This document shows, piece by piece, positions 1 to 12,400 of a DNA stretch of 64,000 nucleotides (the stretch's first letter is position 1; every line of letters starts with the position of its first letter). This DNA is from Xylographa opegraphella (Eukaryota), in assembly GCA_022813865.1 (NCBI GenBank), contig JALDZX010000016.1:310001-374000 (forward strand), read 5' to 3'. Below the pieces are notes generated by a model that ran no database searches, had not been told where the DNA came from, and was given only the letters and a program-made list of their open reading frames with translations. Position numbers and translations under genes: made by a program.

Positions 1-1299
1 GCGCTCGAGATTCTCCAGGTCTTCTGCGATAGGGTCGGGGTCTGTCGGCCTAAGTCGACCGTTGTTGGTTGACTGATCCACCGCGCCATCCACAAAAGGT
101 ACAGTCATGCCGTTGGCGAATAGGTCTGCTGTTTCATCTGCTGCATCGAAAGCATCAGAACGGCGATGAATACTGATACCAGCTTTGAGGGGAAATAATT
201 CCTTCTTAAGATTTGTAGCCGCCTTCTTGTTTGGGAATAGTTCTTTGCTGTTGGCAGAAATACCTCGGATCTGATGTCCAACATCGACAGTGGCAGCCTT
301 TGCTGGAAACAACTCCTTGTTTCTGTTCGCCTGTGGGAAGGGATAAGGGTCTCTCGACTCGTAGCGTGGGGGAGGTGTTCGTTTCCTAACGTGCCGGTCG
401 CGACCGTCTCTATCCGGTGATGCACTTCGGTCTCTGGATCGAGGATGGTGGTTGTTCTTCGGACGATATGAGCCTACACGACCGCCTGAGCCTGTACCTG
501 AGGACAAGGACGACCGGGAGTTTCGTCGACTTGATGTACCACACCGTCCTGCGACAGCATCTGCATCGTCGTCATACATTGAGGCCGTGAAACCTTCAGC
601 AACATCAATATTTCTCCTGCGCCTATGTTCTTCATTTCCATAACGCTTCCTCCGATATTCATCCCCAGCCCTACTTCCTCGCATGCGTCTTTCCCTTGGA
701 TCGTGCTCTGGATGCATCAAGTAAAACCTGCTGGATTCGTAGGCTTTCGGTCGCTTTTGGTCTGTAGTGACAGCAATACGTACTTTCAAATCCGACCCAG
801 GGTGAGTAGACAGTGGCTTCGCTGCACGTAGCTGTAAAGGATGCAACAGTGCGATGTCTCCATCTGACTGTAGACTGAAACTTGCAAGAGCTTCTTCGGC
901 TGTACTTGGTGCTCCGTAAACAATGTTCGCTGAAGTATCGTCCACCCATTCAATTCGAGAGGGAGGATGAGCTGAGTAGTTTTCCATCGAGAATGTGCGA
1001 ATGTCATTTGTGGTAAGGTCATCGAGACCCCGTATGTGAACCTTGTGAGGAACAGACTGCTCAGCAGTGATGTTTGACAGAAGCTGAGATGACTGAGCAT
1101 TTTCAGATGGAACTTCGGAGGACGGGACTGGCGCATAGCCCTGGACTTATCATTAGCCAGCCAGCTCGCAATGTTCACATCAGAAGGGTTGGGCACTCAC
1201 CACTTGCATAGGATCAGTGAAGTCCGGACCCAGATCAATATCTATATCCATGTCCATATCCGTATCCATAGCCACCAGTGCTGTTGAGACCTCCATCAT
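1..1299 (-). CDS. NCBP3-like (DUF2414) nuclear cap-binding subunit 3 family protein; 3' end lies outside the window
   Basis: Manual translation: exon 1 1299-1201 (MMEVSTALVAMDTDMDMDIDIDLGPDFTDPMQV), intron 1200-1141 (GTGAGT...GCTAAT...CAG), then an open frame to position 1 containing PHKVHIRGLDDLTTNDI...RIEWVDDTSANIVY, SRFYLMHPEHDPRER and repeated KELFP. Absent from the ORF track. Confidence 0.8.
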
Positions 1300-1533
1300 G
1301 ATGGATGTAAGTGGTGAAGTGGTAATGCGAGTAAATAGCTGTGAAGAAGATCTTTATGTAGAGCAAATGAAGAGTGAAGCTCCGATAGAAGCTCCAAGAT
1401 CCTCGAAAATATCGGCCAATCGGAGGAACTAGAACCCGGAAGCCGTAGCGCGATTATCAAACCCAAGAACTAGGAACGTCAAAGGTAAAGTAAAAGGCAA
1501 CAAACAGAAACTCCGAACGCCCAAAGCCACAAT

Positions 1534-2964
1534 TCAGACCCTGATTCTCTTCGATCTGATAGTATCGCTAGAAACATGGGTGGCATCAGGGCTATATTCG
1601 TCGTCATCTTCGTCGCGCTTTCTCTTCGGCTTAGGCGCATGGTCAGGGAGCGAAGGTGGTAGGTCTTCGAGTTCTTCTTCATCGAATTCTTCGTACTCGT
1701 CTCCGTTAGCTTCTTCGTACTGGTCTCCATCAGCTTCTTGGTGCTCTTCTCTATTTCCTTCTTCATACTCTTCCGTATCAGCGTTTTGGTGCTCTTCATC
1801 AGCAGCTTGGTACTCTTCTCCATTGCCTTCTTCATGCTCTGCTCCATCGGCTTCTTGATATTCTGCTTTACCCCCTTCTTCGTACTCTGCTTCATCGTCT
1901 TCCGGGTACTCTTCTTCACCATCGCCTTCTTGATACTCTACTTCATCGTCGTCATTTCGAAGGTCAGCCTCCATACACTCGGTGCAGAACCAACGCCCAG
2001 CCGGCAGAGTATCAGCCGTTAGACCCACGCACTCGTAATGAAACCACGAACTCAGCTCATGCGTTCCCTCACATGCTATCATGCCATCAACCGCAGCATC
2101 CGGCGCGCCACAGGTGCAAGATTGATACGGGGCTTCGGGCGAGGCTTCGACCGTAGCCGCTCTCTCGGAAGCCTTGATCTTGGGTGCTGGCTTGTTCCGG
2201 ACCCCAGTGGTCATGCTGTCGGTCCTTCGTCTCACCCTCTCCTCGATGCCGAAGTATTTTCGACCCCACCGATTCCACTTCATCTTGACTCCGTACCAGG
2301 TCTTGTTGAAGTTTTCGATCTCGCGCATGCGGGCGGAGATGACGTGCCATTTCTTCTCCGTGTTTGCGATCCCATCAATATCTTCATTCATCACAATTCG
2401 GAGATGCTTGCCCAGGGCCATCATCGCAGGCCAGCGCCATGTGTCCTCGGACTGCCTCTTGGGCTTCTTGGCGGTGCTGGCTGCCGCCTGCGAGGAGGAA
2501 GTTGCGGGAGGAGTGGCGGGAGGAAGATTCGGCGGAGTAGTAGGGGGGACGCGAGAGGATGTTGGGGGAGGAGGAGGAGGAGGGTCATATGATGGTGGAG
2601 GAGGAGGAAGCGTTTTGGCGCCGCTTTGTCGGCGTCGGGGGGCTCCTCCTCATCTTCTTCGTCTTCAAGATGGTCCTCTGGAGCATCATGGTACTCCAAA
2701 TTGTCGTCCTCCTCCTCGTCCTTTTCTCCAAGATCATCATCGTCGGAGAACACCCGGTCCAGTTCCTCCCTCCACTCCGTCATCTGCCGTTCAATCCTCA
2801 ACTCCTCGAGCTCCGCCGAGTTTAGGCCGGGCTCATAGGGCCGATAGTTGTTGCGGGCCGCATCACTGACCCTGCGCATAACCACGTTGGTATGCGTCGC
2901 TGGCCATGACCCCTTTGTCATAGCACGTGCATAACACCTTGTGTAAACAACCGGAGGGCGACAT
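1534..2964 (-). CDS. Myb/SANT-like + PHD-finger protein with an acidic repeat tail; frameshifted in this assembly
   Basis: ORF 1534-2424 has KKWHVISARM...GVKMKWNRWGRKYFGIEER, then PHD CTC...MIAC...WFHYECVGL...RWFCTEC, an acidic repeat and an NLS-like PKPKRKR. Acidic and Pro-rich coding continues upstream across an indel at about 2613-2642. Start is 2921 or 2964 (the latter needs a second indel near 2871). Confidence 0.7.
1675..1938 (-). repeat. Coding tandem repeat, about 24 bp (8 aa) x 11, E[YH][QE]E[AG][DN]GE-like
   Basis: EYQEGDGEE EYPEDDEA EYEEGGKA EYQEADGA EHEEGNGE EYQAADE EHQNADTE EYEEGNRE EHQEADGD QYEEANGD EYEEFDEE. Confidence 0.85.
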
Positions 2965-3161
2965 GATGGTCAATTGAGTAGGTTGTGTATGAAGGAGGGA
3001 GATGTATGAAGCAGTTGAGATGGAAGCGGTGATGAATGAAGAGCAATGGAGATTGGAAACGGTGAAGTATGGAGAGCGATTGAGAAGAAAAGCTGTGAAG
3101 GCTGAAAGAGAACTTATAACACTACCAGAGTGTGCGAACTGTGAATACTGGTGGAAGATAT

Positions 3162-3164
<3 letters not shown>

Positions 3165-3195
<31 letters not shown>
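3165..3195. repeat. (AG)15 microsatellite
   Basis: Read directly; upstream of the PHD gene. Confidence 0.95.
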
Positions 3196-3199
<4 letters not shown>

Positions 3200-4845
3200 T
3201 ATCTGCAGCTTTCGAAGGCCGACCTTGAAGCTGGTTAAGTAGACGAAGAGTCGTCCCGATCGAGCGCATCAATAGCGACTGCTCCATCTCTACCTCGCTC
3301 AGATTGTTTATTGCCGCCTATTGTGGTCGACAATGCCCTCTGGCGTTTCAGCTTGCGTGCCCCCTATTGTCAATAGCAGTCGCATTGTCGCCGCGCTCGC
3401 CGCTCGCATTCTAATAATCACAACCAAGAGAAAAGCAAGCAATTGAGCAATTGAGCACTTCCGGGAACATAACAATAGGGCCGCGACAAGACTCGCTGCA
3501 TTCCGGTCTTTGCTATTCTTCTGCGGAAAGGCACCATTGCGCCAGGGCTAGGGCTTCTCAATCCCCGTGACATATTGTTCTCGCTTGTGGCATCACGCTA
3601 GCTGTTTCTGGCATTAGCGCACGGCGCAAGACTCGCTCGAGAATGCTCAGCACGGCGATTTGAGGAGGCGCGGACGAAGACGATGGCGGGTTGTCGGTGA
3701 AGCTTGCTGTGCTGGTCGCGACTGAGGAGAAGTAGTAATACCGGTCTCTCAGTCCAAGGAGCATGCCCAGGAGATGAAGCAGCGTCGTCGCCGCATCGCT
3801 GTCTTGCAGTACGGACACTCCAAGTATCGCGCACAACAATACCTCCGCTGTACGAACACCCTCTAGACAAGCACGCGGTCCGAACCGCCGTCAGCACTCA
3901 AACACGCCCATCCTCACTTTCCCCCCTACCTCTCAAACACAACCGCATACCTACACAACCAATATCCACAAACCCGCACCCGCTTAAGCCATCTCCCCAT
4001 CCCATCTCATTCACACCCTCCACAACATTCACCTCTCCCACTGGCCACGGCCAACCATTCACACTCCCCCAACACTCAGCGCGCGCCCCAAACCCCAAAC
4101 CCCCACATCCCATCGCAGCCCAAACCCAAACTCCAAACCCCACAACCAAACGCAATCCCTCCCTCCCCAACCCTCTCATTCCAAAAAAAAGGGCAAAAAA
4201 AACCCCCCCCATCTTCCCCACCCACACGCACAAAGTTTCACAAATCCAGAAACTGTCACCACTCCCCTCCGTACCACTCCCACATTTCCCTCCTGCCCCC
4301 TTTCAACCAAGGTACGCAGCCCAACCTCCAACCTCCCCCCCACTCTCCGCAAAGCTTCCAGAAACCTTCTCGAAGCCCCCCACCCCGCCGTGTCTCCACT
4401 CTAGCTCCCCACCGCCCCACATCGCCATCCGCGTAGAACCGGACGCACGTCATGATTGCGATGAGGGCGTGACGATGATGATGGAAGAGGAGGAGGAGGA
4501 AAATAGGTAGGGTACCCCCAGCCCAGCTCTTGGCGCGGCTTTTCAAGGGAGGGAGGCAGGCACATGTCAGATATCAGGAGGGGGGTTGGATACACAAGAA
4601 TAAATCCTGGAAGAGGGGGGAGGGGGAGGGTTTATGCGAAGGGGAGAGAGAGAGCAGCGCGAACAAGCGGCAAAAACAAAAACAACGGTAAAGCGATCCA
4701 AAGTCTCAAAAGGCAAGCCGTAGAAAATGGAGGTCATCACGCCAACGCAGCACAGCACAGCACACCCCCCCTCCGCCATCCATTGATCGAAAATCGATTG
4801 AATTGATTCGAATCCGATCCAATAGTATCAAAAGCCGCCATTATC

Positions 4846-4920
4846 CCCATCCCAATGCCATGCCATCCCATGCCATCCATCCCATCCATCCCATCCATCC
4901 CATCCATCCCATCCATCCCA
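4846..4920. repeat. (CATCCCATC)n / (CCATG)n low-complexity repeat
   Basis: About five near-perfect 9-mers, downstream of the FlbD-like gene. Confidence 0.85.
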
Positions 4921-5341
4921 CAAGAAACATTACCCCTTCCCCCAGGCCCAACACCCCAACGCCTACGCTCCCCATCCTCCCCCTACCCACACCCACCCCA
5001 AATCCCAATCCAAATCCCAATCCCAGCCATCATACCACACCATACCATATCCCAAAAAACAAGCCCACCCACCCACCCATGCGTCCCGTTTCCAGAGTAC
5101 AGAGCCCGTAGGCGTGCCTGCCAGCCCCCCGCCCCCCCACCGGGTCCCCCTCCCGCGAAGAGACTTTTTCCCACACCAGCGCCAAGCAGTAAGGGAGAGC
5201 GCGCGGTAGCAATAGCAAGTTTTTTTTCTCCGTATATAGGAGCGCGAACGAGGAAATTACAAAGCGCTGCCCGTAGAGAAGAGGGGGGCCCTCCCGTCGC
5301 TTCGGCATTAAGGGTCGAGCGAAGCCGGGGGGGGGAGGCGC

Positions 5342-6391
5342 TCAGTTGGAGCTCATGAGGTAGTTCATAGCCATGCGCGAGTCCTTGCGGTCGGGGGACC
5401 TGGGAGCCGGACGAACGGCGGCGGCGGGGGGTTGCACCGCGGCGGGAGAGATGCGGTGCGGGGCAGGCGCGACGGAGGGGTGGCGGCGAGCGTTGGTAGC
5501 CATTTCGGCGAGGTGGTAGAGCGAGCTCGACGCCTGCAGCGGAGGCGGGGGGAAGTCGACCTTGGGAGGCGGCAGCGTGCGCTGCAGGGTCGCGAGGTGC
5601 ATGGTGTCGGTCGGGGAGAAGGCGGCGGGGAAGCTGCGGCGGTGTTCGGCGCGGTGGACCTCGGGCGACGGCAGCACCGGCGGCTGCGCCAGCTGCGGGG
5701 ACGGCGTGAACTGCGAGTCGTCGTCGTCGACCAAGGACGGGGGGTTGACGTCCGACATGGGCGAGATGAGGGGCTGCTCGACGCTGCTGCTGCTGGGGTC
5801 GAAGACCACCTTCCACGGCCGAGCCGCTCGGGCGGGCGCGGGCACCGGAGCGGCGCCGTCGACGAGAGCGTGGGCGCCCGTGTTCACGGGCGGCAGCCTC
5901 GGTCGTGCGGCTGGGTGGAGGCTCGGGTCGAAGGGGCTTTGCAGATTGGTCATGCCCATGTTCGCAGAAGGAAGGGTTGTCGGCAGTGGTTGCTGCGGTG
6001 GAGCGGGGACTTCGGCGTGGGATACATGGCGAAGGTTGCTGCCACGGCGCTCACCCAGCCGCTTGCGACGGTTCATGCCGCCGTTCCACCAGTTCTTGAC
6101 GGCATTGTCGCTCCGGCCAGGAAGCTGTCGAGCGATCTCCGCCCATCGCTTTCCCATCTGGGCGACCAGGCGTTCGATGTGCTCCCCTTCGTCCTGGGAG
6201 ATAGGACTGTGGTCCAGTGTTGGCTTCAGGTTTTGATGGTAGCGTTCTCGGCACTGCTTCGGCGATCGGGTTGCCAGTTGACCGGAGACACTGACCCAGT
6301 TCTGCGGTCCCCTGCTTGCTACGAGACTGAGCAGCCAACGATCCTCCTGCGGCGACCAGGGGCCCCTCTTGTAAATGGTAGGAGGAGCCAT
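5342..6391 (-). CDS. flbD: Two-repeat Myb transcription factor, FlbD-like (349 aa, intronless)
   Basis: MAPPTIYKRGPWSPQED...RSPKQCRERYHQNLKP...KRWAEIARQLPGRSDNAVKNWWNGGMNRRKR and a C-terminal DSRM motif, matching Aspergillus FlbD as I recall it. An alternative in-frame ATG lies at 6478. Confidence 0.88.
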   Translation of the reverse strand: MAPPTIYKRGPWSPQEDRWLLSLVASRGPQNWVSVSGQLATRSPKQCRERYHQNLKPTLDHSPISQDEGEHIERLVAQMGKRWAEIARQLPGRSDNAVKNWWNGGMNRRKRLGERRGSNLRHVSHAEVPAPPQQPLPTTLPSANMGMTNLQSPFDPSLHPAARPRLPPVNTGAHALVDGAAPVPAPARAARPWKVVFDPSSSSVEQPLISPMSDVNPPSLVDDDDSQFTPSPQLAQPPVLPSPEVHRAEHRRSFPAAFSPTDTMHLATLQRTLPPPKVDFPPPPLQASSSLYHLAEMATNARRHPSVAPAPHRISPAAVQPPAAAVRPAPRSPDRKDSRMAMNYLMSSN

Positions 6392-9300
6392 CTTGTTGGT
6401 GCCTTGCGTCAAGACCCTCTGAAGCAACCTCGTTCGCGTCGCCGTCTTGCGGTGAGTTGGTTTCGGATTCTTGACCATGATTAGTGATTGATGCGAAGGC
6501 AACGGTTCAGGCGGTTATACAAAGAAGTAAAAAGATGGGAGATTCGCTACTAACGAACGATTTCTCTCAGGCAGAAGGTAACGATGTATTCGGAAGCAGA
6601 CGACGGTTGGAAGCGGACGCCAAACGGCAGGTCACTTTATAGAAACAAGGTGACAGCTGCAGCTCGACAGCTCAGCAAAGCATATTGGAGTTAAGAGCTG
6701 AGAGGTTGCGTAATGATGCTCAGTGCGAACTCTGTCACAGTGTAGGTTCGAACAGACAGGTGTGGGGAGGTGAAGAGCAGGTGGGCTCGTTCAAAAAGCA
6801 AGACGAGCTCGGCCTTGGGGCGAAGGCTCCACGAACCAAGATGAGATGAAAGTCAAATCGATCGGGCGTGGGGTTTGACAGGCAAGACGATAACAGCAGC
6901 TAGCAAGTGGGAGTAATGACAATATGCTACAAGGGAAGCCTAAGGTTTGGGGTTGAGTTTAAGCTGGGCACCCGGTCGGGGTGGAAGGGAATGGGATGTG
7001 GTTTGGGGTCCTAGTCTGGTCGAGGCAAGGAAAGAGCCGTGTATGGGTGGATCGAGGTTGGAGCGGAACGAGGATGGCAAACGTCCTTGAGATGATGTCT
7101 TCGAGGGCCGTGTGCGCCATGGGAGGGCAGGAACAGGAAGCATCGATTGCCCAACTAGGCAAGGGCAAGGTTGAGGACGAACGGGGCTATACGCCTTCCA
7201 GACGAGGAGGCGTTGGGTGAGGAATTGGCGTGATGCCGCATTGGGGACGGTCTCCGTGAGTCTGGGAGGCGTGTGCTAAGGGCGACAGGCATGCAGCGGA
7301 AGAGCGTCTCCTTGGACCCTGCACCATCTATCTCGTTCCAGAGCGCCGGGACTCGGGCGCCTGTGGTATGTTGGGGAGGATGATGCGCCCGTGGCGTGCG
7401 TGTGAGGGTGAGCAGGGACGCCGTCGCGGGGAGGGCAGAGTTGGGGGGGGGTTGAGCAATGGAGGGAAATGAAGGCAAGCAAAGCCCAAGTGCGTTCGGG
7501 GAAACCGGACTTTCCTAGCGGTTTCTATGTACACACGCCGGGGGTGGATGCAGGAGAATGAGGGTAGAGAGAGAATGGGGGAGAGAGGGGGGGGGGTGAG
7601 AGGACAACGACATCAGCATCACAGTGGAGATTCTTGAAACGGCGCCGGACGAATAGCGGTGGAGATCGCTCGAGGGTCATGGGGGGGGGGAGGGGGGCGC
7701 TGCAACCAGGTTCTGCTGAGGGCGAGAGAGGGTCAAGCAGCCCACTGTGTAGCAATGTTTCCATGGGAATAAATTGGCCGAGGACTGCCAAGTGCCGGGT
7801 GTGGTGGATAGCGATCATGAGTGTGGACCGGCCATCCGGACCTTGATTTGCAGGCCGGAGCGAGTGGCCGAGAATCAATCAATAATGTGATTGCGGTGGG
7901 AGGGAGGAGGAGGAGGAGGAGGAGGATGGTGAAGTCGGTCTTCGTACAGGAAGGAGAGTGCCGTAGGAGCGTTTGGCCATTGAGGATGGCCCAATTGGCG
8001 AAACAGAGCAAGGCCATGTCAACCAGACTTCCCGACGGCTTTCGTGGGCGCACTTTTCTTTCCACCCTTTCAGCCAGCCCGGTGGTCCTACGGGCTCTCT
8101 CCAGGATTTGGCATTGGCACTGGCAGTCACAGTCGCATTCAACAGGCAACTGGGGGGGTTTTGGGCCATGGTGAGCTTCGAATACGTGAAGGTTGCGGTT
8201 GACAACACGACGGGCGATGCGGCGCTAGCGATAGTGGCACCCTCCCATTGGCTGGCTCGATTTCAAATCATCCTCCAGCCTGTGGATATCGCCACCCCCC
8301 CGCGGTCGCCATACCGATCACCACCATCATAAGAATAGAAATCGTCAAATAATAAGAATAATGGTCGCACCTGCAATGCCATCATCCCCCGGACGAAGGC
8401 GCTCCCCTGCGCACATGGCACCTTCAGGGATGTGGAATGCTGAACCCCGGTGCTGGGAATTTCCACACTGCACACTGCAGATGGAAACGCTGCTGCTGAA
8501 CCCGCGGACTCCTGCCGGGTGCGCGGAGAGTGCAGAGGGGAATGCATGAATGCATGAAATGCTGAGGCCGCCGTGGCCGGTCGCGTAATTGCGCTGGTCC
8601 CGCAGCATCGACGGCCAGAAGGTGTAACTTTTGCGCGTGGGACAATTACTTTGGCTCGACTCGTCTTGTTTCTTCGACCAACTGCACTTCCTCCCACGGT
8701 ACAGCAGACCTTTAGCTTGGGAGCCACGTCTACGTTGATCCGGTGCAGCATCACGCAGAAGGCCATCAGCCTGACGCTGAATGTCTGACATTCTCAGCCG
8801 ACGCCCGACTTCATCTTGCTCCCACAGAATGATGCTTAGTAGTGGTCGAGGAAGATTCCCATCGCAGTCTGATATGGTATCAGGTGACACTCAGATATGT
8901 TGAGGCTCCAAGTCCTGACCGGTGCCAAGACGAGAGCATCGTATTATTACCACATGCAGGCTAGCGTCGCCGCTCCCACGTCCTTGCGGCTCTCCGCCGG
9001 CTTTACGGCCGTAACAGCATGCCTTCGCCTAATTATACCCGCCACCTTGAACATATCAAAATGATCGAAACATCGATCTTGCGATCACGCGGCTTCGAGG
9101 TCCAAACAACTCCTTGCGTGCCGTACCGGCCAGCCGACAAGTTCGACCTCACTCTCGGGCTCCTTGTGCCAGCTGCATGTGTCGCAAGCATTCCTGATGA
9201 AAAGCGTTGAAAGCACCGCACGCCGTTCCCCGTGAGCGAGGCTAGGTCCGTGATACGTCCCAAGCACTGGTTAGCCGGTTCGGGGACGCAGGATGTCAGG

Positions 9301-12290
9301 AGTGCCCTCGCTGCAGCAATTTCCACATGACATGTCTCGATCTCAGCTGTGCTGGAACAACTTTGCTGCTCGGGGGCCACTTGTTTGTTTCCCAACGGTC
9401 AGACCACGGCAGCCCTGTCTGGCGTGGCGGGAGTGATGGTCGACGCACACCCGTCTAGCTGACCTGCGCCCATGTTCGAGCGCTAGAATCGGGCCAAGCA
9501 CAGATCACGATCTTGCACGTCGCGTGGGCAAGGGATGCTTCGGATCTCCAAAGGCAAGTCGCACTGTGCGCTCTGCGCCACCCTACCCGGCGAGCCGGCC
9601 AATCCACGGCGCCCACCCACCTTTTCTTCCGCATGTCCAAAAATACCCAGGAAATAAAGGTGTGTTCTGGCACCTGGAGGCTGCAAGCCATGGGGCGCTC
9701 GACGGCAGCCTTCATCCAGATGTGACAGTGCGTTGACACAAAACCTTACTCCATCACAGCCATCTCCGATGATTGCGTTCCGCCTTTGACAGCCAAGCGG
9801 GATTTCTCCCCCATCTCTCTCTCTCTCGCGCGCACTCATTCGTCGCAGTCATCGCTGCCCTTACGCCTCATCTCCCGCACAAGTCGGAACACTCGGCAAA
9901 GGGGGGGTGTGGTTTCAATGTGCAGTCAGAGAGGCCGTCATTCGATGATACAGCGTACGTGATTACAATAAGGTTAGCAGGGGCGACCGTTGGGTCGCCG
10001 AAACATGACCAGCACTATCGGTGCTTTCTACCGACGGGAGCAGCCAATCGTGATTCGTGTTTCCGATCGGGAAGTGGACGCACCAGCCCGGAAGATCCCC
10101 TCGTATGCGACAGCAAAGCCTACGGTCGATCAATCAAGGGTGGGTGATCAGTCATGGCGGCAGGATGCTGCTCCCAACGGCGAGACGAGATGTTACCCTG
10201 CACAATCCATCCTGCCGACTGTGCCCCTGGTGCTCTCGTCCCCAGAAAGTGCAGAGGGATGACTTCTTCCATCCAAAGCATAAGGTCGGTGTCTTACACC
10301 GTGACACCGCATTTCCCTTCACCCGGAGCTTCATGCCGGCACCCACTCGTTCATTTGGCCTTCCACTTGCATCGAACGTGCTTCTGGGAGATCCAGGGTC
10401 CTGGCGGGCACAGGAACATGTTACACCGACTCACGGCGACGCCGAAGCCACGGGCGGTGTGAAAGCCTGCGGGAAGGAAGCAAGCTTCGCTAGGCGGCAA
10501 GCCCCCAACCACGATGCTGGGAATATCGTGCTCCCCTTGCTTGGAGGCGGTCTTCTTTGGTCGACGTGAAAGGAGGGCTTTGGCTCTGATGCTTGGCACA
10601 CCCGGTTCATGGACTGACGGCGGTTGCGACCGAGATTGCACCAATGGCAGGCAGGCTCTCCTAATATCACCCATTCGGGCATAGGCCAGCGTGAGAGGCA
10701 GAGCAGGTTTTAGACGCGGTCTTGCAACCCCTCAACAGCTGAGGATCAGGTTTACTACTACTACGACGACTACACTCGGACCGGTCTGAGCTGGATCATC
10801 TCGGAGCGAGTCGCCGACGGTGAATGCGTATCGGTTGACGGGTGCAAGCTGCGCTCGCTCCACCCCCACTGGTCCACTGGAGATCTGGCGATGAGCGCGG
10901 GAAGTCACGTCACGATGGAGTCTTGTTTCCCCCGAGACGGAGTCGACAGCCCCTTGGCGAAAAGACGTTGGCTCGGTTGGCTACCATTAGGTTGCGGGTC
11001 AACGGGGGGAGATCCAGCTCCTCGGAAACATCTAGCGCGGGGCCCCTCGGCAGCCACGTCGCAGCGACCGCGTTTGCCGTCCCTTTTGACCGCCCCCGTC
11101 CGCATCGGGACACCCTGGCCCCGCTGGCACACCGCGACCATACCGCTCTGGTCGGCAGCGGGCGCGGAGATATTGCCGCATGCGGTCGGTGCAGTCATTC
11201 GTTTTTGGTCGTGTCCTGCTGGACAAGTAACGGGCGCTAAACTGCGAGCGACAGCTTTCGGTTTTCCTGGCTGGGCGCTAGAGCCTTGGCGCTGGAAAGC
11301 ACGCCAGCCACCGTGGCCACATGGCCGCCAAGCCCAAGCTCGCCGACCTTTGGGGGGGGAAACGTCGCCGACCTTTGCACTCGCTGGGCGCATGGGGGTC
11401 AAGAGCAGATTGTTTCGCTGCAGCGATGCGCAGGAAAGAGAGACATACCTAAGGTAGGTAGTAGATACCTTGTCCACTGTATGCGCAGAGCATGCCCCTT
11501 TGAATACTGCTCATAGCCGCCAGCAAGGGGGGCGAGAGGAGTGAGAAGTTTGACTTGGGCAAAGGCAAGAAGAAGGCATGGGATGTCGTCCGAAATGTCC
11601 GGAGGAAGCGTGGCAGCGGTCGCTTTCGTGCTGCTAAGCGACCGTTGAGATTGGGTGTGTGCCGGTTCACGTCAGTCGAGACGATTGGCCGGGAATGGCT
11701 AATCGCACTGCAAACGACACCGGCGGTGGGTGTGGGGGAGAAAAGGGGGAGGAAGGGCGCGCGGTACTTGTCAGTATGGGCACGCGTACAGGCCGTCCTG
11801 ATCGTCTATGGCCCGGCAGCCTTTTGGATCCGACGCCGCATGCCTGTTGCTTGCTTTTCGTCCACGACGCTGCACTTACCAAGCCTTACCGTAGTTACCT
11901 CACTCTTGAGGCATGAAACCTATCCTGCCGCAACGCATCGCCAAATCGATCGGCCATTCAAACAAACAAAGATATTCATCACCCGCCTTGACTACCTACT
12001 GGGGACCCGATCCTGCTTTTCCTGAATCCATCTGCAGGAAGTCGGGATGCCCCTAGCCATCGTCAAGGGTCATTCCAGGTTCCACGACTCCTAGAGCAAT
12101 ATCGTCGACTCGACTCACCCACTCCATCCAACGCGTCCCACTCCCGACTCGCTAGGCGGATGACTCACTTTCCGTCGAAGGGGAAGTCTCTCGCTCGCGA
12201 TGGTTGGATATGTTAAGTTGAGCTGTTTACTTCATTTACACTCTCTTTCCGCGTCCGCGTCCGTGATGCCGTGGGCCGTGGCCTGTGGTG

Positions 12291-12400
12291 TAGTAAGGTA
12301 CGTAGTAAGGTGAGGCACGTAGTAAGGTGAGGTACGTAGTATAGTATAGTAAAGTACGTAGTACAGTAAGGTACGTAGTACAGTAAGGTACGTAGTAAGT
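12291..12400. repeat. Composite minisatellite built on GGTACGTAGTA(C/T)AGTAA-like units
   Basis: Five TACGTA cores plus one CACGTA core at roughly 12-22 nt spacing. Confidence 0.85.

Noticed and set aside
3704..4510. 268-aa Pro/Thr-rich ORF
   Set aside because: Product of C/A-rich low-complexity DNA; no domain and a non-ATG start.
5432..6484. 350-aa plus-strand ORF
   Set aside because: Antisense shadow of the GC-rich FlbD-like gene.
12291..12400. CRISPR-like or telomeric array
   Set aside because: Eukaryotic context, no unique spacers, no TTAGGG units.
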